Shown one piece after another: positions 50,761 to 64,000 of a stretch of 64,000 bases of DNA. Origin of the DNA: Octopus vulgaris (taxonomy: Eukaryota). Location of the stretch: NCBI GenBank assembly GCA_951406725.2, contig OX597824.1:87234001-87298000 (forward strand). The letters run 5' to 3'. The first letter of the stretch is position 1. Each line of letters begins with the position of its first letter. The translations under genes were made by a program, and so were the position numbers. Below the pieces are notes generated by a model. It saw only the letters and a list, made by a program, of their open reading frames with translations, was not told the origin of the DNA and searched no databases.

Positions 50761-52802
50761 CATATATAGCCTTATATAAACATACATATATGTAGATACA
50801 GACATATATAGACACATGGACACACAAATATACAAACATGGACTTATATATAGACAAACCTAGTCATTTTGATTTTCATACACACACACACACGTTAAAT
50901 ATAGATCTTTTAATTCATATGGCTAACCCTCGTTTCTAGATTATTCCAGTAAAAGACTGATTTAAATTCTAAAGGAGTGCAGTAAACATGTTAAATTGGT
51001 GAAGTGCAGTATAGTTGCACTTGCAGGGCTGAAAAATGGTGGCTGATAGCAGAAAGCTAAAGAATGGTGCAAAGCTCGGAAGAGAGAAACTGCTTCTGTG
51101 TACAATTTATTATTTTGAGTAAGCATCATGTTGGCACAAGAGAAGAATCGATAATGCTTTGAACAGAAACAGACATCATGCAAGTGTGTGGTCTTTGACT
51201 GGCGTGTATATATGAAAGAGTAATGTGTAACAGAAATTAAGAGAAAAATTAAGAAATGGAATTTAAGAGAATGTTTAATAAAAGAAGAAGGGGGAAAAAA
51301 AGACAAGAAAGCGGTGAGTGAAACCAGGAATATGAACAAAGAATGGAAGGAAATGTTAAATGATGCTGATTTTGATAATGATAGTGTGATTGCGCTAAAG
51401 ATGAATGTGGACAGGGAAATGAACATTGCAAATGCAGATATAGGTGTGGGTTACAAATATAGTAAAAAATGAATCTCGTTTTTGGGAGTGGAGAATCAGT
51501 TAAGATGCCAAACGTTTCCCTCCTGACAACTGATAAGAATCCAATTCTTTGAATCATAAAAATGGGAAAAAATAGTTTTAACGAAATAAAAATTTGGTTA
51601 GTTTTAACATACAGCTGTTAGGTTTCAATAAAAAAGTGTCTTTTTCTTCTTCGCAAAATCAGTTTTGCAACGCATCTCAGTGCGTTAAAGAGAAAATATT
51701 AAATCTGCTTTTCCTAATAAGCATTCATTCTTTCTTTAGAATGAATGCACAGCTAAATAAATACTTAGAATCCGGATTATTTCTTACTTTTTTTTTTTTT
51801 CAGGAGCAATTTTGATCCTTGAAGAATACAAAAGGATCCTCTATTGACACAAAGGATAAAATTTTAACAAGAAAATATTCATTCTTATAAATTATAAAGA
51901 AACAAAGAATAAAGGTGTGTGTGTGTGTGTGTTGAGGGTGAGAAGACATATCTTCAGATATAGTCAACAAGAGCAAAAATTAGTAATAAACTTCAAAAAT
52001 CACAGTTTTATTAGGTTCTAGTGACAGAGGAAGACTGTTATGAAGTGGAAAGCAAATATAAGTGATACTGGGCTTTGGCTAGAGAAATCGATCAAAATAG
52101 CAGAAGTTGGTAAAAGCATTGGTAGCTTTAATTACGTTCCTCAATATAAGGGGAAAATTACCAAATTAGAATTTTCCGTAACCCAGCGCGCTAAACGATA
52201 AATATTTAATTATTCCTTTCAAATATTTTTAATTGCGAAATCTAAAGATGATAGAACATTTTTAATAAATCACTACGCATTTTTTTAACCATTTCCTTTC
52301 AGAAAGTCTATTTTTTCCATTGGATTTTAAACGGAATAAACATGAAAAAACAATGGAACCTGGCTATAGAAATACAGATCAATTTTTATACTAGTTTATA
52401 TAGACTGTGATTCTTTCTTACTCTCAATTCGATATCTGTCAAGCGGCAAAAAAATTACCGACTATTTTCTTATTATTTTACGATATATCATTACAGCAAC
52501 TTAGTTTCCATGAATGAAAAAATAGTAATTGTAATAAAAGAAATGAAATGAGATGATATCTAGTAACAAACACTAAATTCTATATAAAATTAATCGCTAT
52601 ATTTTAAAAGACAATGTATTTTTCAGGAGGTTTTGTTTGTGTCTTTTTTGACATTTTCTTCTCTGGAGAAAAATACATACAAAGAACGGGTTGTTGGAAA
52701 ACAACAAAACACAAACAACTTATCAGGAAAAATTGGAACAGAAGAAATCGGGTTACATCTGAAACATGATTGAATGAAAAAGAATTAATTAATGTACTCT
52801 AC

Positions 52803-53150
52803 CTTTTAATTAATTAACAGATTTGGTTGTTTGTCAGAGATATATAGTAACGCCGTTAGCAATATAGCGAGGGGCCCCGTCCTCTGTTGAGAACCACGCC
52901 GTCCACAACAAGCACCGGGTAAAGAGACAACAGAACTGGTAGTGAATGAAAAAGCACTGACTGTACAATGAGTAGACAGCAGTAAGGCGGCGGAGAAGGC
53001 GGTGGAGGCGGCGAAGACGGTGCAACTAACAAGCAGGGCGAGGGCGACGGCGGCGGAGGGCTCGCTATCCGCGATGGTGGTGGGGGAAATGATTGGCGGG
53101 GGGAGAGGAGACGGTAGACCTGGAATGATACACAAAGACTTACAGTCACT
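52803..53150 (-). other. Probable non-coding first exon of a minus-strand gene (CpG-rich island)
   Basis: Unique GC/CpG-rich stretch in an AT-rich window; AAG|GTAGAG donor at 52802; 5' boundary uncertain. Confidence 0.5.
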
Positions 53151-53260
53151 TCACCTTGCTTTCCTATCTCTCTCTCTCTCTATCTCTCTCCTTTTTTTTT
53201 ATTCTCTCTCTCTAATCTAATCTGTCTAACCCCTCCTTAGCTTGTTATCTCTCTCGAAAC

Positions 53261-53298
53261 CCGCCATCTAGTAGGGCAGCGAACAGTGTCACTTCCTG
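53261..53298 (-). promoter_or_regulatory. CTCF-like site and ETS site upstream of the candidate first exon
   Basis: CTACTAGATGGCGG (53261-53274, minus) and CAGGAAGT (53291-53298, minus). Confidence 0.45.
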
Positions 53299-53784
53299 AA
53301 TGTCAGAGGCATTGACACACACATACACATACACATACACGTACAAATAACACCCGCAACAACAACTATCTCACTGAGGTAGGAAGCAATACTACAGAGT
53401 GACTATAGCTCTAACTCCCTTCATCTTTATAAAACAGGAAGAGACAATGATATTTGAGGGAAAGTCCAATCTGCAATGTATTATTTGTGATCAAATGTGT
53501 CACCGTGATCGGAATAATGAACACGTCTGGTGTGAACGACACACTGCAATACAACCTGTGTGTTGTACCCTGATCAACAACCACCCTTGTTGTCATGCAG
53601 TGGGGAGTTAGTTAAAACACTGTTGATTTCAGTTTTAGGGACTCCAACGACCATTAAGACGTATTCTATCAACGGGTTTATACTCTTTTAATTTCTCCTT
53701 AAAATTTTCAATGAATTCTTTACGAAACCGCAAATCAAAAATGAGACAGCAGACACACATACAACACACCTAATCGAGATCAAT

Positions 53785-54130
53785 GACACACACATACATA
53801 CATACACACATACATACATACATGTATCCGTACATAATACATACATACATGCATATGTACGTACGTACATACATACATACATAGCCCCCAACACACACAC
53901 ACACACACACATACATACATACATACATACATACATAGCCCCCAACACACACACACACACATACACACATACATACATACATACATAGCCCCCAACACAC
54001 ACACACACATACATACATACATACATACATAGCCCCCAACACACACACACATATACATACATACATACACACATACATACATACATACATACGTACATGC
54101 ATACATAGCCCCCGACTCACACACGCGCAC
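53785..54130. repeat. Compound minisatellite [(CATA)n-GCCCCCAA-(CA)n] x5
   Basis: ATAGCCCCC recurs five times between tetra- and dinucleotide runs. Confidence 0.9.
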
Positions 54131-55074
54131 ACACAAACATACTCAGAAGCAGATACCCAGGAACAAAGCCATTTTCCTAAAACACATTTACAGAGTGACA
54201 CAGAGAGAGAGAGAGAGAGAAGGAAGGAAGGAATATAGAAGCGGATACAACTACAAAACACACGGACAGGTGCAAATAAGAGAGAAATACATTTGCGAGT
54301 ATCTCAGACAATACCGGTCATTAAATCCCAGCATGAAATAGCTTGGTTTTCGGCAATTTTATTGTTATACGCACTTGAAAGGACATGGTATATATTAAAC
54401 AGGATAAAATACACTTTAACTGCAGCAGAAATGCTATTCTGCAACGATCTCTTGCCTCGCCTTTTATATTCGACCATAATAGACTAGAATTGGCTCAAAC
54501 AAAATTGTTGTGGCACAAATGATTATCACTTTGCAATTTTGCGAAGAGAAAATAGCGGTCAGTGCGTTATTGTACAAAAATAATAATGCGTGTACATATA
54601 GATAGATATAGAAATTATTTTTCCCAGGCGCACGCAAATAACTTGGTATCTTTAATATGCACTACTTTAATTCCTTAGTAAAGAGTCTACCTCCATGTGA
54701 AAAGGGTGATAAAAAAAACTACTTTCCAGCATCCGTAGAGGAAAGTATTTGGTTTTTATTTCCATACCAATAAGTCTAGACACAGATTTCTCGCATATAA
54801 GGGGCGAATATGATAGGTTCCCTAAAAAAAAGTCCTAGGAAAAGCGCGGTAACTACCATAAATGGTAAAGCATAGAACAGCGTTGACTCATCCTATAGAT
54901 GGAGACGGCTTAAGACAATTTACTATGGCTGGCTATAATAATTCTTGCTTTCCTTTCCCCGCCGCTTCTCGGATTACCAATATAACTAGGATGAATGGCT
55001 TTTGAATTAAACAATACATATCAATAAAAGTTATAACAATAAAAATTTAATTTCAATATGTATTATACAAATTA

Positions 55075-55570
<496 letters not shown>

Positions 55571-56541
55571 TATATATATAAATATATATACACACACATA
55601 CATACATAGATACACACACACACATACACCATTTTTGCAATACATCGGAATTATTAATTATAAATATATAGGTGTGTACACATACTCGTATGCGCTCACA
55701 CACAAACATGAAGATAAATATTTCATCACAAGTATTGAGTCCGTTATTTTATGACCAGTCTCCTTAGAACTTTGATTAAGAATTTAAAGACACATTTGTA
55801 TATAAACTTTGTATTTGTATGTATATATGTTTATGTATGTATGTATGTATATATATGTGTGTGTGTATATAAATATATATATATATACTTGTGTGTGTAT
55901 ATGGACATATATGTGCATGTGTGTGTGTATATCTACCTATATATGCATGTGTGTATATCTACCATATATGTGCATGTGTGTGTGTATATCTACCTACCCA
56001 TCTATTTATCTCCCCCCCTCTCTCTCTCTCTCGCTATATATATATATATAGATAAGACTGGAGCCTGGTGCAGCCTCCATGGCTTACCAGACCCTGGTCG
56101 AACCGTCCAACCCATGCTAGCATGGAGAACGGACGTTAAACGATGATGATGATGATATTTATATATAAGGTTAAGCAGCTCACTTTTAAACCACATAGTT
56201 TCAGGTTCAGTCCTGCTGCATGGCACCTTGGCCAAATGACTTCTGTTATAGCCCTGGGCCAACCAATGTGAGTAGAGATCATTGACGGGAAGTGAATGAA
56301 GTCTGTCGCATATATCAATACACACACATGTATGTGTGGTGAATATGTTACTGTCTCCATGCTTTGACTTCGCATGATAGTCGTAAACGAGCTTCACGAT
56401 CATGCAAGCAGTGTTCTTCATTTTCAATCTTCCACGACAACATGTCAGGTCATGGAGAAATATATAACCTTACTTGGGAACAGGTGAGAGTTGGCAGCAA
56501 ATTCCATATGATCCATTTGAGCATGGAAAATTATGATGATA

Positions 56542-56704
56542 GGCGCAGGAGTGGCCGTGTGGTAAGTAACTTGCTTACCAACCACATGGTTCTGGGTTCA
56601 GTGCCACTGCGTGGCACCTTGGGCAAGTCTCTTCTACTATAGCCTTGGGCCGACCAAAGCCTTGTGAGTGGATTTGGTAGACAGAAACTGAAAGAAGCCC
56701 GTCG

Positions 56705-56754
<50 letters not shown>

Positions 56755-57378
56755 TGTATATATAGGAATCTAATGCTCTTAGCTTAGTTTTTCCTTGGGG
56801 CTGGCCAGATTGGAGCAATCTCAAGATTAATCAGCTGAAATTGCGAGGATGATCCAGTTCTTGACTGAAAATTAACCCTTTAGTGTTCACATTATTCTGC
56901 CAAAATTAATCCTTTTTCATCCACATTGTTTTGAACTAATCAAGCATTATCTTGTAGCTATGAGATTCTAATGAGGTAGCTGTTAATTTTTAAAACGATA
57001 TTGTGGGGCTGGTGTGAGAGACCAGATCTGGCCAGTTTGAACATAAAACAGGCAGAATACTTTTGGCCAGATATGACCAAAAGGTTAAATGCTAAAGGGT
57101 TAAAGGCTTCGAATGATCCGTCCGTGTTTTTTATATTGTCTATGTGGATGTTTTGTGTTCTTGTCCCATTTTGTATTTTATATGTGTGTGTGTGTATTTG
57201 TTTGTGTGTCTGTGTTTGTCTCCCCCAATGTTGCTTGACAACCGATGCTGCTGTGTCTACGTCCCCGTAACTTAGCGGTTCAGCAAAAGAGACCGATAGA
57301 ATAAGTATTAGGCTTACAAAGAATAAGTCCTAAAGGCACTGCTCCAGCATGGCTGCAATCAAATGACTGAAACAAGAG
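56542..57378 (+). mobile_element. SINE-A split by insertions in its microsatellite
   Basis: Head 56542-56705; 3' half ~57180-57378. Confidence 0.7.
56876..57099 (+). mobile_element. TTAA MITE family B
   Basis: TTAA-CCCTTTAG ... CTAAAGGG-TTAA. Confidence 0.85.
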
Positions 57379-57379
57379 T

Positions 57380-57414
<35 letters not shown>

Positions 57415-57649
57415 ATATAGATATATCTTTATGAAGATATATATCTTTATAGAGATGATATGCAAAATATGTATACAAAGGCATCTCCTTTGTTACAGAC
57501 GCCTCAGGTTATGGGAATTGTAATGCGTAACCACTAATTTGAGGACACAGTTTGTAATTTCACTCTTAAGAATCTAAAGAAAAAAAAAACAAAATGTTGC
57601 TTCTCTGTGTTTTAACAAACAGAGCACAAGGTGAAAAAGTTTGAACACA

Positions 57650-57953
57650 ATACATACATACATACATACATACATACATACATGCAAACATACATACATA
57701 CATACATACATACATGCATACATACATACATACATACATACATACATACATACATGCAAACATACATACATACATACATACATACATACATGCAAACATA
57801 CATACATACATACATACATACATACATACATGCAAACATACATACATACATACATACATACATACATACATACATGCAAACATACATACATACATACATA
57901 CATACATACATACATACATACATACATACATACACACACACACATACATACAT

Positions 57954-57984
<31 letters not shown>

Positions 57985-58068
57985 TACATACATACATACA
58001 TACATACATACATACATACATACATACATACATACATAAATACAAACAAACATACATACATACATACA

Positions 58069-58102
<34 letters not shown>

Positions 58103-58122
58103 CATACACACACACACACATA
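57650..58122. repeat. (CATA)n microsatellite, ~470 bp
   Basis: Direct; abuts the LINE 3' end. Confidence 0.97.
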
Positions 58123-58500
58123 CGGTAGTTGTCTACTCCTTATGTAGAGTTTGACCTCCTCCTGTACCTACACCTTAGCACCATCATGGCATCTGATATG
58201 GCTTATTAAACCAGAAAATGTTCTGAAAAGACACCCACATAGAATGCACCTCTGATTTGGGCCACCAACACCTGCAAATAAGTTCTGCTCTTCGTGGATC
58301 TTAAAATGTCTTTTGAGGCCTCCGTTGGATTTGCAAACCTTCTGGCATACACTGCATTCAAAGGTGTGCACAGACATAAGGGCAGAATAGTTGGTGGAGG
58401 TTCGTTTTCCCTGCGTTCACAGATGAGATTTGAGGCCAGCAAAAGACAGGCATGGTCTGTCACAAACTGTCCACACAAAAAGGTCATTGTGATTCACCTT
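58123..58500 (-). mobile_element. 3' end of RTE-like LINE with two C-terminal C2H2 zinc fingers
   Basis: CSVCQKVCKSNGGLKRHFKIH and CILCGCLFRTFSGLISHIRCH; second copy at 12075-12205; microsatellite tail. Confidence 0.7.
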
Positions 58501-58827
58501 TTTGATCTTTACATACAGGAACAGGAAACATCAACCAAGTACCTGGTTGATGGACAAAAGGGATAGAGATGTGGGAAAAGCCGTAAAATGTGACAACTGA
58601 TGCAGACTTTGTGGAGTTCACACTGAAGATACCACCCACATCATAAGCAGTTGTCCAAAAATGTCATCATGGTGTTATCTACCCATGAGACATGATGTTG
58701 TAGCTAGGAAAGATAATCCTGAAGATAAAGAAACAAAAACTCACAATATGGTAGAATATATTTTACCCCTGTGTTGCTTTGATGGCATGCACTGCTCTCT
58801 CACTCAATAATGATAATGATAATAATG

Positions 58828-58860
<33 letters not shown>

Positions 58861-59220
58861 GTAATAATAATAATAATAATAATAATGGTGACTCCTACAG
58901 GCTAAGGTGTGCAAGCATTTGTGTATGTGAGAATAGTGCATATGTGTGAAGGAGAGCAAGTGTGTGAGTATGTATGTGTGGGTGAGCTGAGGGTACCAAA
59001 GTAGGCGGTATGCAGGTGTGTAGGTGGAAGAGAGGGGCAATTGTATGTGGGAGGTGTGTGGAAATCCGTGTGGCGTTATTGTCAGATGAAGAGAGTTAGT
59101 GAGTTGAGTCCATAAGGTGCGAAAGAATGAAGAGAAAAGATTAATTCCTGTTCATGGCGAAGGCAAGAGTCCAGGTGGTCCTGTGCAGAAACAGTTCAAA
59201 CAGGTAGATGTTGTAGTGAA

Positions 59221-59245
59221 TATATTTATATATATATATATATAC

Positions 59246-59334
<89 letters not shown>

Positions 59335-59838
59335 CATATATACATATACACATATATGATCTGATCAATAAGTATCCAGACTGTTGCCATAGTAAAGAAG
59401 CTAAAGTATGCAGAGTGAAGTTGCTTTGCACAGATTGACCTTGAACTCTGCTGTGCAAGCGCACTAAGTTTTAACGCTCTGGCTCACTTCTGCTGTAAGC
59501 AGCAATGCTTGGAAGGAACATGTGTAGTGTGTGATCATTGCATTGACCACAACAGTATGGATGCTTTTTGATCAGCCCTCATATACACTCACACACACAC
59601 ACACACACATACACACACACATATACATACACATATAGATATACATATATACATATATACACACATATACACATATACATATACATATATTTATACATAT
59701 ATATATATATACACATAATATATATACATATACATATATATATATATATATATATATGCTTAGTTGTTATTTTTTTATAAGCATTACACACATGCACTTA
59801 CATACAGATACACACATACATATGTGTGTATGCATATA

Positions 59839-59919
<81 letters not shown>

Positions 59920-59980
59920 ATATGTATACATATATGTATGCATGTATGTATATATACACATGCAGACACACACACATATA
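59221..59980. repeat. TA/CA/TG microsatellite cluster
   Basis: Direct. Confidence 0.9.
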
Positions 59981-60384
59981 TAATCATTTCAATATTTGTA
60001 ACATGTATTTTTATCAGAGATTTCAAATTTACCTCGGGCGTCCCTGTGTTTAAAAAGTCAAACTTAAAAGTTACTACTACTACTACAAAATTAAATTAGT
60101 TTCCTTATATAAGTAGAAGAGAGGGAAAACATTCCTTTAATGAAAATATGAATAAAAGTCTGGCTTATTCTATACTAGCTCGTTAGAAAAAAACTTTGCC
60201 AGGCATTATGATGTCATGTATACATAGATTTGATGTCATTAAAAGATATTTATCTTTAAGTTTTGAAACGAATTTCAATATTTCAGGATTATTCTGTATC
60301 ATCAACCAAAGCTGGGAAACATTGCAACATTTTAATAGTGACACAACAAACTTCTTTTTGTAATAATACCGAAGCCAATAACAA

Positions 60385-60625
60385 TACCTATTTCTTCACT
60401 ACCCACAAGGGGCTAAACACAGAGGGGACAAACAAGGACAGACATAGTTATTAAGTCGATTATATCAACCCCAGTGCGTAACTGGTACTTATTTAATCGA
60501 CTCCGAAAGGATGAAAGGCAAAGTCGACCTCGGTGGAATTTGAACTCACAACGTAACGACAGACAAAATACGGCTACGCATTTCGCCCGACATGCTAACG
60601 ATTCTGCCAGCTTGCCGCCTTTGAC
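60385..60625 (-). mobile_element. Full-length tRNA-headed SINE-B
   Basis: TSD AGCCAATAACAA at 60373-60384 and 60626-60637; B box GAGTTCAAATTCC. Confidence 0.9.
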
Positions 60626-60984
60626 AGCCAATAACAACACCAAGTAACAAAACTACTAGTGTTTCATATACCTTTTATATTTTCATATGGGCATATATGA
60701 AATGTAAGTTTAGAGAGTTTCTTTGAGAAGGGAAACAATTGTGCAACTGCTTAAATATTATGCAGGAGAAAAAAGGAACAAGCTGTGAAGAAACTGGAGA
60801 GATCACAAATGGGAGGAAAAAGAAATTATGATGAAAAAAACAAAGTAACGAAAAAAACCCCACAGAAACAGCAAACATAAGCCAAGAAACATGCAGAAAT
60901 TACTATAGATTATGTGGGAAGCCTTTATACACATGCACAAACACATACACTCATTTATGCATGTAAATATATAAATATGTTGCA

Positions 60985-61404
<420 letters not shown>

Positions 61405-61837
61405 AAGGATAAGATCAATATTTAAATACTGATCTTATCAGGTGGCCAGCATGGGAATAAAAACCTTTCAAAGGTAATAATTATTAAAAATTATAATTTA
61501 GGGTTTCTAAGAGATACCACCATGCTGGAAATAGCAGCCAAAACTTGACTCTAAAACCATATTAAATGTTCATACAGCACCAGGGGAGAAGACAAAGAGA
61601 CAAAATAAACTAGCAAAAAATTATTGGATAATTCCAGATCCTGGATTTCTGGCTCTGCATGAGAAATGCTTTGTTTTCATCAGTGAATTATAAATAAGGG
61701 CAAAAGAAAAACATTTTTTATGCCAATATGCTGTAAAATAGACTTTAGATTGTCTAACAAAATACATTTTAAATGATCTGAAGTCTATTTTTCAGTATAT
61801 TGGCATAGGAATTTTTTTTCTATTTTTTAATTTTTTT

Positions 61838-62400
61838 TTCATTTCATCTAGTTTCAGCTCATGAGCTGTGGCCATGCTGGGGCACCACCATTTGGTTTTG
61901 CTACATAGTTTTACTTCACGAATGCTTTTTAGCAATTGACAATTGGTGCATGAGAGAGTTTGATGCAGCTGCCCTCATCTGCACCTCCTGCCGTGAAGTT
62001 GGTTTATCTGGGACACCTGACAGGAAGAGATCCAGCTTTATTTTGAAGACACCTACATCCACCCCATGCAGGTCTCTCAGATCCTTTGGGAGGATATTGA
62101 AGAGCTGTGGACCTCTGAAACCCCGGCTATTGCAGTATCTTGTCCTACATCTTGATGGCAAATTTGGAGTCCTTGGCACAATGCAGTGGCGCCCAGTTCT
62201 AGTATTTGTGTAACTCTCAATGCCAAAGTTTGGGACAAGTCCTTCCAGGATTTTCCAGATGTATTTTATGGCAAATCTTTCTTGCCTACGCTCTAAGGAA
62301 TAGAGTCTTAATCTTTTGAGTCTTTCCCAATAGCTTATATGCTGCATAGAGGCTATCTTCTTCATGTAGCTTTGTTGGATTGCCTCAAGTTCTGAGATTA
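61838..62400 (-). mobile_element. CR1-group LINE 3' end (ORF2 C-terminus and 3' UTR)
   Basis: YWERLKRLRLYSLERRQER...IWKILEGLVPN...GPQLFNILP...FKIKLDLFL. Confidence 0.85.
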
Positions 62401-62483
62401 ATTTATTTATAATTGTTTATAATTTTCACCTTAGAAGGTATTTTAATATGCTGGCCACTGATAAGGTGACCAACATATTAAAA

Positions 62484-63585
62484 AATAATTAGAAAATAGA
62501 GAAAACCACAGATCAACCACATTTATTGCTTATTTTTTAATACAAAGCATGAGATAACAAAATAGGTGACGTAACATATCTTATGGCCATTACTGATCAG
62601 ATTGCCAAAATGCAGTCTATACATAAATGTGAGAATAAAGTTCTTCATTTTCATAGGGCATTCGAATTAAGGCAACAGATCTTCATCAGAGTGAAAAACA
62701 ACGAAAGGAAGAAGGAAAAGGAATGAAAACATGATATATTGAGCTTCTAGATTATTTGTCTAAGCCATGTTTTCTTTCCTTTTCCTTCTTCCTTTTGTTT
62801 ATATTGTGGAGGCACGTGGCTTAGTGGTTAGGGTGTCAGCATCATGATTATAAGATCGTGGTTTCGATTCTGGGACCAAGCGACGCGTTGTGTTCTTGAG
62901 CAAAACACTTTATTTCATGTTGCTCCAGTCCACTCAGCCGGCAAAAATGAGTAACACTGCGATGGACTGGTGTCTCATCCAGGTGGGGAACACATACACC
63001 ATGGAAACCGGGAAACCGGGCCCATGAGCCTGGCTAGGCTTTGAAAAGGGCGCATTTATTTTGTGGAGGTGCATGGCTTAGTGGTTAGGGTGTCAGCATC
63101 ATGATCGTAAGATTGTGGTTTCGATTCCTGGACCGGGCGATGCGTTGTGTTCTTGAGCAAAACACTTCATTTCACGTTTCTCCAATCCACTCAGCTGGCA
63201 AAAATGAGTAACGCTGCGATGGACTGGCATCCCATCCAGCTGGGGAATGCATACGCCATTGAAACTGGGAAACTGGGCCCATGAGCCTGGCTAGGCTTTA
63301 AAAGGGCGCATTTATTTATTTTATTATTTTTGTTTATATTAAATGCTCTTGTTTTTCACTCTGATGAAGATCCGTTGCCTTAATTCTAATGCCCTATGAA
63401 GATGAAGAATTTTATTCTCACCCTTACGTATAGATTGCATATTGGCAATCTGATCAGTAATGGCCGTAAGATATGTTACGTCACCTATTTTGTTATGTGA
63501 TGCTTTGTATTTTATAAAATAAGCTATAAATGTGGTCCTGTCAATGTGTTGGTTGATCTGTGGTTTTCTCCGTTTTTAATTATTT
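62484..63585. repeat. ~250-bp-arm palindrome interrupted by a SINE dimer
   Basis: 62484-62732 mirrors 62766-62805 plus 63341-63585. Confidence 0.85.
62806..63327 (+). mobile_element. Head-to-tail dimer of tRNA-headed SINE-D
   Basis: Two ~256-bp units (62806, 63063); 13-bp TSD TTTTGTTTATATT at 62793-62805 and 63328-63340. Confidence 0.9.
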
Positions 63586-63858
63586 GCATTGATCCCTGAT
63601 AAACCCTTGTTTATTCTGTTGTTGTCTGTACTTTACATGTATGGTGTGCCTGTACACCAATGTCCAGGGATAATACAGGTAACGGATACCGATAGCATAT
63701 ACGGATATTTTATCCCTTAGTCAGATACTATAATCATTAACTCTGTATACATATATATATAACGGGAAGGTTTACTAAAATAAACAAAAGACGAAGGCAG
63801 GTGGAGTACAAACAAACAAATGTATTAGTATGGCGCTCAGGAATAGAAATAGAACAAG

Positions 63859-63896
63859 TCTTTTACGTTTCGAGCCTACGCTCTTCGACAGAAAGA
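63859..63896 (-). ncRNA. Minimal hammerhead motif, A6U variant (family H3)
   Basis: UCUUU-CUGUCGA-A-GAGC-GUAG-GCUC-GAAA-CGUA-AAAGA. Confidence 0.65.
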
Positions 63897-64000
63897 TACA
63901 CAGAAATGAAACAAGGAGAGAAACAAGGAGAGAAAAAAATGCGTGTAGGAGCTAACGGTCTATCATGGCGTTCTGAATATATATAGTTCAAATTTACAGA

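Noticed and set aside
50960-51460. Purine-rich stretch faintly like an RTE endonuclease-RT linker (VVFDW...RKIKKWNL)
   Set aside because: Too degraded to call without a profile search; the listed minus-strand ORF is not credible
52806-53220. Pro/Ala-rich ORFs in the GC island
   Set aside because: Open frames on both strands are explained by GC content; no recognisable domain; more consistent with 5' UTR
63690-63730. Further hammerhead-like half cores (CUGACUA-A-GGGAUA.., also CUGAGGA at ~3755 and CUGAUGA at ~61680)
   Set aside because: Missing or corrupted GAAA and stems; cannot be supported

Overview
AT-rich, repeat-dense animal genomic DNA, most likely an octopus or related coleoid cephalopod. 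That call is inferred from the SINE repertoire, the microsatellite load and a mollusc-like cytochrome b NUMT. There is no intact host gene. I see only a probable minus-strand promoter/first exon near 52.8-53.3 kb and one candidate 81-nt internal exon at 6775-6855, so most of the window is probably one long intron. Almost all listed ORFs are microsatellite or SINE artefacts. The real content is: several tRNA-headed SINE families, an RTE-tailed SINE with internal ~63-bp arrays, TTAA (piggyBac-type), Merlin-like, Tc1/mariner and Helentron-like non-autonomous elements, fragments of Penelope, RTE, CR1-like, R4/Dong-like and R2-like retrotransposons, a cytb NUMT with nested insertions, and several minisatellites. 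The most interesting signal is seven minimal hammerhead-ribozyme motifs. They come from three or four short repeat families, share one geometry, and include a U3-A8 compensatory core variant and an A6U variant. They occur alongside long fold-back palindromes typical of Penelope-like element termini. Element boundaries were read by eye and may be off by a few bases unless TSD/TIR positions are quoted.
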